DNA of 64,000 nucleotides from the human T2T-CHM13v2.0 reference genome, Homo sapiens: assembly GCF_009914755.1 (NCBI RefSeq), contig NC_060944.1; one strand, 5' to 3'. Numbering within the stretch: position 1 is the stretch's first letter; every line of letters begins with the position of its first letter. Made by a program: the position numbers and the translations under genes. This document shows positions 27,690 to 42,153 of the stretch, one piece after another. Under the pieces are notes generated by a model. The model had not been told where the DNA came from. It did not search any database and was given only the letters and a program-made list of their open reading frames with translations.

Positions 27690-28150
27690 CTTGAGGGTTT
27701 TTGGCACACGTGTCATCTCATTTACTCCCAGCAACAATCCAATGGAATCAGGATAACTACCATGATGAGAAAACCTGGGCTTAGACAGACATGGTGTTTA
27801 TTGCACATGAATTACATATCCAGTCACACTCGGGTGTTCTGATCTCTCACTTTTCCAATGAGGAACTGAAAGTCTGAGAAGTTAAATAATCTGCTCAAGA
27901 TCTCTCAGCTAACAAGGGATAAAAAGACAGAGGCCGGATTCAAGCTCAGATCTGTGTCCTCAGGCACTACACCATCATCTTCCTTCGCAACAGAAGGGAA
28001 AAATAAAATTACTGGTTGCCCTCTACAGGCGAAGCATAGCGTTGAGGGTTTTCACGTAACATTGTCTCATTTAATCTTAACTGTAACCCTGGAAAGGAAA
28101 GAATGTCCAACAAGGAGGCAAAAGTGAGCACACAGACGGGATTCAAACTC
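27690..28150. mobile_element. Cluster of MIR fragments
   Basis: TCTCATTTACTCC, ATGAGGAACTGAAAGTCTGAGAAGTTAAATAATCTGCTCAAG, GGATTCAAACTC. Confidence 0.6.
28014..28032 (-). promoter_or_regulatory. CTCF-like motif
   Basis: Minus strand TCGCCTGTAGAGGGCAACC fits the CCASYAGRKGGCRS core with tolerated variants. Confidence 0.5.
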
Positions 28151-28894
28151 TATCAAAGAGTGGCTGGTAGCTTCTGCTGAAGTCCTTTCTCCTCTCCAGC
28201 CTTCAATTAACTCCATCTGTTGATTACATCACTTTATGAAAGATGAAGTTGGAGGCTTATAAAGAAAAGTTTGTCCTGATAGGCACAGTAGTGGTAGCTC
28301 CTGGGAGAGAAAGAAAAGCCTGTATATTCTGGCTGGTAGAAAAACAAAAAATACAGACTTCTCCCTTGAAGCCACTGTCTTACCAGTTAATTCTCACTGG
28401 ATCTTTATTTACCATGTAATCCTTTGTCACAGTTATGAAATTAAAATAGGAATTCATATGCTTTCTTTTCCTGATATCTACCTTAAAATACTTAGCCAAG
28501 TGTTTGTTGCAGGAAAACAAATATCTGGATTATCTCATCCCCTCACCTAATCTGATTCATGCAAAAGCACCATACACATATGCACATACACACACATGCA
28601 CACACACACACGCACACCTGCACACACCTGCAGCGTCATACCCAGATCGGTGCTGACTTGCATCTTTATTCCCACTAATCTTTTAATTGCAATACCTAAA
28701 TCTTCCTTCTACTCACGCTTTAACTCTACGGTGGCCAAGCAAATATTCTGAAATATACCTTTATTTTCTAAATAGATGATCAGATTATATAATCTTATAA
28801 ACAACATTAAACTCCTCATCGCTGTTTCCTTGCTAGAGCTCCGCTAAAACAGGAGATAGGATATTATAATTGAATACAAGTTTGCAATAGATAA

Positions 28895-29370
28895 TTAGTA
28901 AGTGGATTTCTAGCAGGAAACAGCACTCTATTCAGATGATTTAGTGAAAGACATCAAATGAAGAGCCTATTAACAGAGGCACAGGCAGCATTAAAGGAAC
29001 CAAAAAGAGGAAAGATGAGGCATCCATGGCTATCATCCATAGATCTGAAAGGATGCAGGGCAGTGATGATGTTACCAGAGCCAAGTGAGAGCTGGAGCCA
29101 TGGAAGATGAGCTGTCAGATGGATGCTATAATTATGCAAGGACTCAGCCATTTCTAGAACTGGAAAGTCAAAGCTGACAGGGAGTGGGGAAGAAATGACT
29201 CTGAGCTCTTTTCTTACCATGGGATCTCCAGCAGGGCCTCCCATTGGTCAAATTCAGAAGAAAGCCAAGGTGCAAGGGATGCAGGTATTGCCATTTAGAG
29301 TGATCAGCCTCCTGGGGCACAGAGCGGAGCAGAGAAGGCTGAGAATGGATATGGAAGGAGGACAAAAGAA
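28895..29370. mobile_element. ERVL-class solo LTR (LTR41/LTR67-like)
   Basis: TCTAGCAGGAAACAGCAC..CCTCCCATTGGTCAAATTCAG..GAGAATGGATATGGAAG; resembles 26253-27060. Confidence 0.45.
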
Positions 29371-30599
29371 AATGGCCAATGCATCTGCCTTCTTTATTCC
29401 CTACATATCTAGCATCAATAGTGGCCCCACGGTAGCAAAACCCTAGATTCCAGTGTCTTCATTCATTTATTCAACATGATTCGTTGGTTGCATTATTAAA
29501 TTTTGGGAAACAAAAAAACAAGCTTTACTCATAAGGAACAGATCATTGAGATATGTGAGAAAGCATACCTGGTAAAATATATCTTGGAAGCATTTCTTTG
29601 ACCCTCTTGTATTTTGCTAGAAGCCCTCTATCATGAAATTAATGTTTATAAATATGTCAGTAATATATTCTAGTAATCTGTATCTGAACTTTACTGTGGA
29701 TCACACTTCAATCAATAAGGAAAACCTATATTTCTGGAATGTTTTAGAGAGTTCAATGTTAAACACATTGATCTTGAAATCCTTCCATTAGAAAAGAAGG
29801 TTGCAGATTCTTGAGGGCATTTTTTCAGGAGAGTAATAGTTCCTTGTTATCCTATATTCTTTAAGCCTTACCATTGTCGGGCTAGAACACCAGAAACAAG
29901 CTCTCCCAGGCCACTTGAGCTTAGCTCTCCACAGAAAGCCTTCATTAGGCTATGGTTTAATACTTTGGGTTTAATTGAAGGTCAGTGTGAAAAATGGCCA
30001 TGTGAGGCAATTTTCTGCTTATGTTACAAAATTACTTTTATAGATGACATTGATTATGTTCTATGATGCTCTTTATATAAGCAGCCATGTCAATTCCTCT
30101 TAGAAGAGTTTCTCTGGAAATATGATCTCTGCTTTTTTTCCCTACTTACCATAATTGCTAAAGCAATGATATTAAACTGAGTTTGTAGAACATTGTTACC
30201 ATTAAAGCGATCTTCCATTTCAAAAAATATTTACCTATAAAGACCAATTTTGTATCTTTGAAAAAGTCACCACAAATTCTTTTTAAAAGTATGTAGAATA
30301 TAAATTAAGAACTAGAGTTAAGAATATTACATATTATTAGTTAATTAAACCTAACAGCAATGGAATAATTAAATAACCATACAAGACCAAAAATGTAGGT
30401 ATATGTATGTATTAAGATGTATACCTACACAAACATGTATGTATTTGTGCATTTGTATATATATATGTGTGTGATTATATGTATGTATACACACATACTG
30501 TACAGTATATCACAATGGGAAAAAGATGAAGTGAGTGATACAGATAATAGATAAAATAAGCCATAGGAGAAAAACCACAATGTGTCAGAGAAGGCAGCT

Positions 30600-30730
30600 A
30601 TGGTTTCATTCATTAATTTATTAATTTCACAAACATTTATTAAACTGCTTCTATGGTCTAGATGATTCAAAGTGGTATTAGGCAATACTTCTGTCATCAA
30701 GGAGTTTTTGGTCTAGTGGGGCAGGATGGG
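30600..30730 (-). mobile_element. L2 3' end fragment
   Basis: TTCATTCATTAATTTATT..CAAACATTTATTAAACTGCTTCTATG. Confidence 0.55.
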
Positions 30731-30764
30731 GTGAGCAGGCATGTAAATTTATTATAGGAATGTG

Positions 30765-31231
30765 TGTCATTCCTATAATAAAATAAAGTCAAAATAAAAT
30801 ACAGAGACAAATCTCTAAATTGAATGTTTTATTTGGGAATCACAGAATTGCAATTTGGAGTATACACACAGACTGGGTCGTCTTCAGTATGCCTGAAGAT
30901 TGGGGCTTTTATTAGAAAGGGAAATATTGTACACTGTTTTGAAGGAAAGCTCATTGGCACTAGGAAGCTTTTGGGAGCTGGCAAGTTCTGAATAGTAAGT
31001 GATGGTGGAAGGTGAAACTAGACTAGTTAGACTCAAGGCAGGTCATTTCAATAGCTATGAGATAAAACTGGTCTTAGGGCTACAGCAGGCTGTTTCAGCA
31101 GCTGGGCCTGTGGAAAATAAAACTTTTGGATCAGGTGCTATGTGTCCCATGTGCTTTTTATTCCTGGCCCCTCAACTCTGATTTAGCTGGGTATGACAAG
31201 AATGGCAAAATTTGTATAATCAACTTCCACA
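30765..31231 (-). mobile_element. MER31 solo LTR
   Basis: Minus strand starts TGTGGAAGTTGATTATACAAATTTTGCCATTCTTGTCATACCCAGCTAAATCAGAG; 4-bp TSD TGTG (30761/31232). Confidence 0.85.
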
Positions 31232-31611
31232 TGTGTTATAAGAGGAACATTCTAGATGCTGCTGAGAGTCCAGAGCTGGTGGAATTTGGAAAGGCAGAAC
31301 ACCATGCCATATAAGAAGCACCATCAAACCATGGTGGAGACCAGGAGAATTAGGAGTAGATTTGAAGGACAGCCTGCATACCAGTCTATCTGGAATAAAG
31401 TGTTACTAGAAAGCCCTAAATAGGTATTTGACTCCAATAAGAACTCCATACACAGTGCTAATTTTATCTTTTTTCAAACTATTTTTTCTTTGTCATTTTC
31501 CTGTCAACTCTCATATGATTATTGCAAGATAATTCCTAGTACAAGCACTGTGGTAGATTACTTGCCAAAAGACGCCAATTTTTCACCCCTTCCTGTATCC
31601 ACATTATGTGC

Positions 31612-32662
31612 GCATGCAGCCTGCAATGATCTGTGTCCCCACAAAACTAATATGTTGAAATTCTAACCCCTAAGGTGGTGGTATTAGGAGGGGAGGCCTT
31701 TGAGGGTAACTAGGGTATGAGGGCAGAGTCCTCAGGGATGGGATTAGTGGCCTTCTAAAAATGGGCCTAGAGATCTCAGTCACCCTGCAACCACCTGAGG
31801 GGTTCTTCCTGTCCACTGCATAAAGAAAGACCAGGCATTGTCATACAGAAAGAGTTTAATAGACATGAGGCTGGCAACACCACATGGGAGATGGAGTACG
31901 TATTCAAATCATCTTGTTCAAAGCTCGTAGGTTAGGGGTTTTTCAAAGGCATTTTGGTGGAAGGGGTGGAGGTGGCCAGGTAACAGGTGCTGCTGATTGG
32001 CTGGGAAGGAGATGAAATCACAGGAGGTTGAAACTGTCCTCCTGATGGCTGAATGGCTACCAGGTAGGGCCATAGGAGCTGGGTTGGCAGTCCAGGTGGA
32101 GCCACAGATGTCAGACATGCAAAAAAAGTGGAAAGATATCTCAAAAGGCCAATCTATAACAGCGGTGATATTCACAGGAGTAGTTGCAGAAGATGCATAT
32201 CTTATAACATCAGCAAAATGGCTGACAATTGTTTATGTCTGCACCTTAGCAGGACTCAGGCTCCACTCCTTCCTCCAGCTTGATGACTTCCTATTAGCTT
32301 TATAAAAGCAAGGTCTATTATCATTTACACTACAGCCTAAGTGCCTTCCAAATTTAGCTTGGCCCAATAGCCCAGAAATAATTAAGGGAAGGCAAGACTG
32401 GGGTTGGGTTATCTCAGCTTACAGTTATAATTTTCTCACTGATATAACTTTTGCAAAGATGGTTTCAACCCCTTTTATCATAGGAGGATACAGTGAGAAG
32501 ACAACCTCTATGAACCAGAAGGTGAACCTTCAGCTGACACTGAATCTGTTGATACCTTGATCTCGGACTTCTCAGTCTCTAGACCTGTGAGAAATAAATT
32601 TCTGTTGTTTATAAGCCACCTAGACTATGGTATTTTGCTGTAACACCCACACAGACTAAGAT
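31612..32662 (+). mobile_element. MLT1A0-like MaLR LTR split by an ERV1 LTR
   Basis: TGTGTCCCCACAAAACTAATATGTTGAAATTCTAACCCC .. GTGAGAAATAAATTTCTGTTGTTTATAAGCCACC..GACTAAGA. Confidence 0.85.
31786..32467 (-). mobile_element. MER4D/LTR8-type ERV1 solo LTR
   Basis: Minus strand starts TGAAACCATCTTTGCAAAAGTTATATCAGTGAGAAAATT; TG..CA ends; 4-bp TSD ACCC (31782/32468). Confidence 0.8.
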
Positions 32663-33409
32663 GCAGCACCTCCCATCAGGAAGAGGTGGAGTCTATTTCT
32701 CTACCCTTTGAATTTGGTCCCGGCCATGTGACTAGTTTGAACCAACATAGTATAAGGAAGGGATGGTGTGCCAGGTCTGAGCCCAGGCCTCCAGAGAACT
32801 TGCATATTTTTTCTCTCTTTTGAAACCCTGCCTTTGCCATGAGAACAAGTCTAGGCTAGCTTGCTGGAAGATGAGAGGCCATGAGAAGCAGCAATAAAGT
32901 CATCCCAGCCAAGATCCTGGATATGTCAAAGAGCACAGCAACAATCAATAAAGCTACCTGTCCAACCAGCAGCTGACCAAAATGAGGGAGTGAGACCCAC
33001 CAGACCTAGCTCAGATCGGCAGAACCACACAGTTGACCTGAAAACTCCAGAGAAATAATAAATGGTTGATGTTTTGTGTTGCTAAACATAAAGGTGTTCT
33101 ATTATGCAGCAATAGCTAACTGAAGGATTTAGGAAAAATAATCAAGTTATTATGGGAACACAATGGAAAGTGAGAATAAAATGGTCTGTCATAAAGTCAA
33201 AAAGCCCTCTATTCCCAGTTCTATTGTTAACTGACCGATGCCCTTCAGCAATTTACGTAAGCTTTTGGATTTTGGTTTTCATAACTGTGGTTTAGATAAG
33301 ATAGGGGTATTTTTGATTAAGGATGGAAAGGTAAAAACATTTTTATTTCAATTCCCTCTTGAAACATAACAAAAAAGAGTAATAAACAGAGGGGGAAAAT
33401 CTTCAAAAG

Positions 33410-34290
<881 letters not shown>

Positions 34291-35196
34291 AAAGAAAGAA
34301 AAAGGGGCTACAACCTCAAATCATTGAAACACAGTTGCCCCAAACTGAAATCTGCACAAAAACGGCCATGCATTACCAGTCTTAAAGCGAGATGCAAGAA
34401 CTCTGGTTGCAATGCTGAAAAAAAGAGGCAGTGACTGTCAATTTCAAATGACAGCTTGCAATTAAAAAATTTAGTTGTGAACCATACCAATTTCTTGAAG
34501 ACTGTAAGTAGAGATATACGTGAGAGGCCCAAGGGAAAATCATATGTATTAAAAGGATGCCAGAAACAACAGATTTTATTAGAGCCAGACTGTCACAGAA
34601 CATTCCTGATTTATTCCCCTACAAGTTATGTAGCATATATCTGTACTCATTCAAAATGCATATTCATTAGGTACCAGTTTGAGACTTGTTGATAGACACC
34701 ACTAAATAAAAATAAGGGAAGGATATAATGTAAGTAAAAGGTAGATGAAGAAAATGTGGTGTATAACAAGAGGAGTCCTAGAGAAACTTATAGGTCCCCA
34801 TATTTTCAAAGAAATTACATGCACCATGATGACTCCAAAAGAAAGAAAGAAAAAGGAACAAACATCACCCCTTTTGGGGGGTGTCATCAAACACCCCCCA
34901 AACATAAGATAAGAGTTCAAACAACAACTTTGTAAGACAAAGTAGATGAAAAATCATCTTGCAGAGCCTAAGGAAAAAAACAGAATGAAAATATAAAAGC
35001 ATTCCTGAGATAAAGGGCCCACTAGTAATAACAGGTATTGAAACATCACTGTGGAAAGTGTAATCAAAATCATGATGGACAGGCTTGAAAAAAATCACAC
35101 AAAACAAAATGGAAAAGAGCAATGAAAACAATTATAAAGGAATTGACAGAGAAGACATACAAAGGGAACTATAGGGAGCTATGTTTTGGTGGACTC

Positions 35197-35715
35197 TGTT
35201 GGTTTCCTATTGCTGCTGTGATAAATTATTACAAACTTAACAGTTTAAAACAATACAAGTTAATTATCTTGTAGTTCTGGATGTTGGACACCCAAAATGG
35301 CTTTCACTGGGCTAAAATCAAGGAGGCAGCAGGGCTTCTTCTGGAGGCTCCAGGGGCGAATAATTTCCTTGCCTTTTCTGGCCTCTAGGGGCTACCTGTA
35401 TTGTTTGCCTCGGGCCCCTTCATCTTCAAAGCCAGCAGTGTAGCATCTTCAAATTTCTCCTTAACCCTGCTCTCATCCTCATGTCCCCTTCTGGTGTTTG
35501 TTTGTTTGTTTGTTTGTTTGTTTGTTTGTTTGTTTGTTTTTGTAAGGACACTGTGATTACACATCCTAGATTAATCTAAGACAATCTCACTATTTCAAAA
35601 TCCTTAATTGTATCTACTAAGTCGCTTTTCCATGTAAGGTTACATATGCAGAAGTTTTAGGGATTAAGATGTGGCTATCTTTGGGGAGAGGGGGCATCAG
35701 TCTGCCTCTAATGGG
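35197..35715 (-). mobile_element. MLT1D/E-like MaLR LTR containing (TTTG)n at ~35497-35540
   Basis: TTTCCTATTGCTGCTGTGATAAATTA..GGGCTAAAATCAAGG..CTGGAGGCTCCAGGGG. Confidence 0.8.
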
Positions 35716-35718
35716 CAC

Positions 35719-36071
35719 TGATATGGTTTAGCTATGTCCCAACCCAAATCTCACCTTGAATTGTAAAAATCCCCACATGTCAAGTGTGGGGCAGGTGAAG
35801 ATAATTGAATCACAGGGGCAGGTCCCCCATACTGTTCTCACGGTAGTGCGTAAGTTTTACAAGATCTGATGATTTTACAAATGGAGTTCCCCTGCACAAG
35901 CTCTGTTGCTGCCACCATGTAAGATGTGCCTTTTCTTCTCCTTTGCCTTCCTCTGTGATTGTGAGTCCTCCCCAGCCATGTGGAACTGTGAGTCCATTAA
36001 ACCTCATTCCTTTATAAATTATCCAGTCTCAGGCATGTCTTTATTAGCAGCATGAAAATGAAATAATACAG
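35719..36071 (+). mobile_element. THE1 (B/C-like) solo LTR
   Basis: TGATATGGTTTAGCTATGTCCCAACCCAAATCTCACCTTGAATTGTA..GTGAGTCCATTAAACCTC. Confidence 0.88.
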
Positions 36072-36888
36072 ACACCAACATATATCCTGCTGAAATTACA
36101 GAGGTTTGAGGATAAAAAATCATATGGGAATCATAGACAGAAAAAGTAAGTGACATACATGGGGAAAAAGTTAGCTTCTGTCTCCCTCCAGAAATAATAA
36201 GTACCAGAAGATTAGAGTAATATTTATAAACTACTGAGAAGAAAAAACTGTGACCCAAGAATTTTATACCCCCTAAATTTCCCTTCAAACGTAAAAATAA
36301 AACAAACCTTTCAAGTATACAACCTGTCATGCCTAAGAATTCATTTTGGAAAAAAAGAAATTCCTGAGGATCAAGTCCAGTCAATTTGGAGTTGAAAAAA
36401 AATGAAGAACTCAGGAAAAGAAATGTTGAATAAAATGAGAGTAAATCTCAAATGCATTTAAACATGAAACTAAGATGAAATCTCTATGGACATTATGATT
36501 GCAAATAGATTATAAATATAAAATTTAAAAATGTAATCTCCTAAACTCTGGAGATAAAGGCCTGTTTTCTACACTAATTTGCTCAGTTTTGAAAACAAAG
36601 AATCAATAGATACTGAAAAAGTTGGAAAAACATGGCTCATTATTGAGGAAAGTTCTAAAGATGTCCAAGCCAACTCTCTCAAGTGTTGATGACAAATTCT
36701 TATTCTTTTTAATTCCACAGAATCTCCTATCTATTAAAAAACTGCTTCCTAAGTCAGAAGGGGCTTGGCAAGAATACAAATAAACAACAACCAAGTAACC
36801 ACTATCCCATGTATCAATAGCCATCTGTGGATTACAAAATGCTTTGATGCCCATGATTGAAGTTTGGACCTTGTGACACCTCAGTAAT

Positions 36889-37327
36889 TGTGCCTGACAT
36901 CTTCCATTTGCCCCTTAAGATAAAGATCCTCTCTCTTCCTTTCTCATCCTGCTCTCCTCCCCGGAAGTCAGACCTATGCTGGCTACATTTGTGGAACTGC
37001 TGTGTCCTCTGACTTTGTTTGTTTGCTCTGGGCCAATAGGGAGCCCCAAAAAATTGGAGGGAGGGAAGATACAGATTATCCTGGGCTAGCTCTGTCCCTC
37101 TGCTAAAAGTCACCATTCCTTGCAAGGCAGCAAACTCTACAGGAGTCTCTCCTTCTGTGTTCTGGGAACCACTCGTTTCCTTCATCATTGTGGCTGCAAC
37201 CAACTTTACCCTCTATTGTGGTTCCCCTATACCCAAACTTTTGTAAACAGCCCCTTTGTTAAACTTCTTGGAATTATCCTATTGTGAGAATTCCCTTTGG
37301 TTTATGTTGGGACACTGATTAATACAG
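36889..37327. mobile_element. ERVL-class solo LTR, opposite orientation to 26253 and 28895
   Basis: TGTGCCTGACATCTTCCATTTGCCCC .. GGGACACTGATTAATACA. Confidence 0.45.
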
Positions 37328-37630
37328 TTTCTTACATCCATTTTAAATTGAGCTAGCCAAGGCTGAAGTAAGTTATGTGATTCTAGACACAAGGGTCATT
37401 CTTCTATGTTGTCTTTCTTCCTAGCCTAGGATTAAATTTGGTTCAGAGCTATCTACAAAATAAATGGTTGAGGCACCTGCTCATGATCCTCTGGCAGGAA
37501 AAAATTCTAATTAATCTCTGGGGTGAGGGGTTATAACTCTAACTAGTCTGGTTAAATTAGAAATAAGCTTGCAATGAATTATATGTCTAGCTTCAAAGTT
37601 TTATTTTAAACGTAATTGACTGATAATACA

Positions 37631-38134
37631 CAGCTGACTCTTGAACAGCATGGATTTGAACTGTGCAGGCCCACTTATATACAAGTTTTCAATGAAAGTT
37701 ACACTGAGTGTGCCTGCCTCTCCTGTTTCCCCTTTCATCTCCTTCATCTCTTCCTCCTCTGCCACCCCTGAGAGAGCAAGACCTATTTCTCATCTTCCTC
37801 CTCCTCTTCAGCCTATTCAATGTGAAGATGATGAGACTGAAGACCTTTATAATGACCCAATACCACCTGATGGAGAGTAAATATATTTTATCTTCTGTAG
37901 GATTTTCTTAATAACATTTTCCTTTCTCTAGCTTACTTTATTATAAGGCTACAGTAGATAATACACATAACATACAAAATATGTGTTAATCAACAGTTTA
38001 TGTTATTAGTAAGGCTTCTAATCAACAGTAGGCTATTACTAGTTAAGTTTTGAGGGAGTCTAAAGTTATACACAGATTTTAGACTGTACAGGGGGTCAGT
38101 CCCCCTAACCCCTGCTTTGTCCACGTGTTAGCTA
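37631..38134 (+). mobile_element. Tigger2a/MER28-like DNA transposon fossil
   Basis: CAGCTGACTCTTGAACAGCATGGATTTGAACTG TIR and internal CAATGTGAAGATGATGAG..GAAGACCTTTAT. Confidence 0.85.
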
Positions 38135-38219
38135 AGAATAAAAAGCAGTTGTGTCTCCCATCAGTCCTTTCCTTGTCTTTTGCTTTTAATGCCTTCGTGT
38201 AGCTCATCAGCAACAGCCT

Positions 38220-38630
38220 GGGTTCTTTCCACTCGCACTCTTGTCTGAAGTCTACCTTCAGTTCCTAGGCATTCCATATGCCCATCACCCAGTTGCTGTG
38301 AAGGTTAGATGCCAAATGGCTTCCAGCCACTCTTTCCCCAGAGGACTACTTTCAGTGCAGAAGGGGTGTCTTGCCAGGAAAGTTTTGTCTTCCCTCTGTG
38401 TAACCATGGACAAACAGCCAGTGACTGAGTGATATAGGGACATAAATCTGTGATACGGCTTATGTTTTAGAGCTCTCCCTATGGGATCTGCCTGAGGCTA
38501 GACCTTACCTAAGACCACATCCTTGCAATCCTTTCTCATCCCTTTTAATCCCCTTGAGGGTTTACCCTGAAGAGTGCTTTCTCGGTACATCACACACACA
38601 GAGGGATCCCTGTCCTAGGCTCTGCTTTGA
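38220..38630 (+). mobile_element. LTR16-like ERVL LTR
   Basis: GGACAAACAGCCAGTGACTGA..GGGATC..CTGAGGCTAGAC..CCCTGTCCTAGGCTCTGCTT. Confidence 0.5.
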
Positions 38631-39909
38631 GCCTGCACTTCCTGTGCTGTGATTTGATAGTCTCTGTACTAATTCCATCTTCCCTTCCCTTGTTTTTCAA
38701 ACATTTCACATCCCTTATTGTGTGTGAGTCATTGCTTTTATGTGGCCCAACATCAGGAAGCTGTAGGTAAGACTATTAGTGCTCACTTTAATTATTTCTT
38801 TAGAAGTCATTCTGGGTCTGAAGATCATTACACCCAACTTCAAAGCAATCTTGACTCATATTTCATCCAGTCTATTTCACAATTCTGCAAAAGTAGGAAT
38901 AAAATAGAATTTCCATGCTTTCTCCAATAAGGATCTTTAAATAAATAACATATTCATAAAGTTCTCCCAAGATTCTATTGTACACAAATACCAAGTACAA
39001 CTTGTAGTTGTACTTAAAAAAGAGTAGTTGCGTTTAAAAAAAGAAGTTGACATCAACTCATAACTCTAGCATGTCTATTCCTGAAAGCAGAAACAATACT
39101 TGAGGCTAAGGAAATAAAACAGAATTAGGTTAGTTAGTTAGCTTGTGTTATTAAAGTTAACTTTAGATCCCTCCTAAGATGAATCACTTATTCACCCTCT
39201 ACTGACACAATTTGTTATTTTGAAGAACAGAGAGTTTAGGAGCTAAGAAATGGTTTATTTTAAAATATCTTTTTAATAGTGGTGAGCTTTTGAGCTAACC
39301 ATAAAACTGCTGTACAATAAAGATGCTCATTAAGATAACAAAGGTAGGGCGATTAAAGTGAAACTGTGAGCTGCATCCTCTGTATCTGTATATGAGTCGT
39401 TAGGAAAATCCTCGTGACAGCAAACCAACAGAATAGGCAATAGGTGGTGCTGTTGCTATGTGTAATGCCTAGCAAAAGACAAGATGACGCATAAGGGGAA
39501 AATATTTGCCAGAAAGAGCACAAGACAAAAACATACCCCTAACTTCTGAATTCTCCAAAAGATGGCAGTGTCATTTCTTTGTCTCTCTTGTCTGAGCTCC
39601 ACCACTTATCATTGTCTTGTTGAACTGAAGTGCTCAATTTCTGTGTTCTAGGCCAAAGCTATGGCCAACGTGCCATTTTTATATGAAGGTTGAAAGGATT
39701 CAATAGGTCTCTGATATTGCTCAGCTGATCCGAAAAGACATCCAAATGCAGAGGAGATACAGATACCCACTGGAACAGGGGTCTTTAAAAATAGAGGATG
39801 TCCAGAAACTCCTCAGAATACATTGATTTCTGTAACATTTGGTAGAATTATTCCACAGTTATCTTTTGGAAAAGAAATGAGAAATATTTGGGAATAGTTC
39901 TTGAAGTTT

Positions 39910-40288
39910 GTTATATGATCTGGCTCTGTGTCCCCATCAAATCTCATTTTGAACTGTAATCCTAGTTGTAATCCCCACATGTTGGGGGAGAGACCACATG
40001 GGAAGTGATTAGATCATGGGGGCAATACCCTCATGCTGTTCTGGTGATAGTGAGTGAGTTCTCACAAGATCTGGTGGTTTTATAAGAGGCATTTTCCCCT
40101 TTCACTCTACATTTCTCTCTCCTGCCACCATGTGAGGGAGAACATGTTTGCTTCCCCTTCCGCCATGATTGTAAGTTTCCTGAGGCCTCCCTATCCATGT
40201 GGAACTGTGAGTCAATTAAACCTCTTTTCTTTATGAATTACCCAGTCTCAGGTATGTCTTCATAGCAGCATGAGAACGGACCAATACA
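39910..40288 (+). mobile_element. THE1D-like solo LTR
   Basis: TGGCTCTGTGTCCCCATCAAATCTCA..CCATGATTGTAAGTTTCCTGAGGCCTCCC..GAACGGACCAATACA. Confidence 0.88.
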
Positions 40289-40560
40289 GTTTATAAAATA
40301 AAAAGATAATTTGCAATAAACTTCCATAAAATTCAAAATAGTTTTCAAAAGGAGCATTAGCTATGCTAAACAAAAAAAGCAGCAATATGAACAGTTAATA
40401 AATAGCAAAGTCTCTTTAAAGTATTGCTTTAGGCATGCAGAATGGATTTTTTTCTTTTTTATCTGTGATGGGATTTATCATCCTAGTGTTAGTTTAGTCA
40501 AATCAGTCTTCATGGTTTAGAAAGATGTCCAGCTGTGAAAAGGAAGTCACCTTGGGATTA

Positions 40561-41268
<708 letters not shown>

Positions 41269-41269
41269 T

Positions 41270-41450
41270 CAAGGCACTTTTCCAGCACTTTATACCTATT
41301 AAATTATTTAATCTTGTAATGGCCATATGAGGTAGGTATTATTATTGTCCCCCTTTTCCAGCAAAAGAGACTGAAATAGAAAAAAGTTAAGTTGCTTCCC
41401 AAGGATATACAACAAGTAAGCTAGCTGGAATTAAAACTCAGATAGTCTGA
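41270..41450. mobile_element. MIR fragment
   Basis: ATGAGGTAGGTATTATTATTGTCCCC..GAGACTGAAATAGAAAAAAGTTAAG. Confidence 0.6.
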
Positions 41451-42153
41451 AAAACTCACACAATCATTGCATCATCATTTTTAGAGGTAAAAATAGACAT
41501 TAAAGTTTATATAACAAGCTATTAAAGATGCAACTGAATTTAAAACCAAGGTATTAATGATTTGTGGCCTGATGGTCTTCCTTGAGTTACATTCCATTTT
41601 TCTTCGGATAATTCCTGACTTGCCAAAAATTACATTCCCCTTGAATATAAGTGCCATCTAGACTGGTCTACACAGAGACTGTGGTAGGCTGGTATACCAC
41701 AGATATTTCTCTGCACTTGACCACAGTGCTATCTGGAATTTCATGCCCACCCATCTCTGTAGGCTTCAGAATAGAGTCAGCCTGCTCTTGCAAGACTCTT
41801 CCCAGATACAAGTTCTCATCTGAGAAGTCTATAGTGGCCAGTTTAATGCTGACCTCAAGGAAGAAGGGGAAAGAGAGTGGTCTTCAGACTTTAAGATTCC
41901 AGACCTATCTTCACTTTGGCAAGAAAAAGGAAATTACTAGATGATTGCAAGTATAGGCAATATAGCATTCCTGAAAGCAGCTTGCCCAGTCTCCAATATT
42001 TTCCCAAGGATACGTAAGCATGATAGGACAGAAGTGTAGAAGTCTCAAATCTTAAGAAAATAAGATATTGCTCTCTTTAGCTAAAGCTTTGCTGAGCTTT
42101 CTTGGTTTACTCCTGTTCAAGCAGTTCTTACAGTTTCTATATAGGATGCTTAT

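Larger units (their letters stand above)
31548..33125 (+). mobile_element. MLT1F/G-like MaLR LTR (outer layer of a three-level nest)
   Basis: TGTGGTAGATTAC.. resumes at ~32663 CACCTCCCATCAGGAAGAGGTGGAGTCTATTTCTC and ends TTATGCAGCAATAGCTAACTGA. Confidence 0.7.

Noticed and set aside
38640-39900. Repeat-poor stretch with partial RFX-like (GTTGCTATG) and CRE-like (TGACGCA) motifs
   Set aside because: Short partial motifs are expected by chance; no CpG enrichment or other support.
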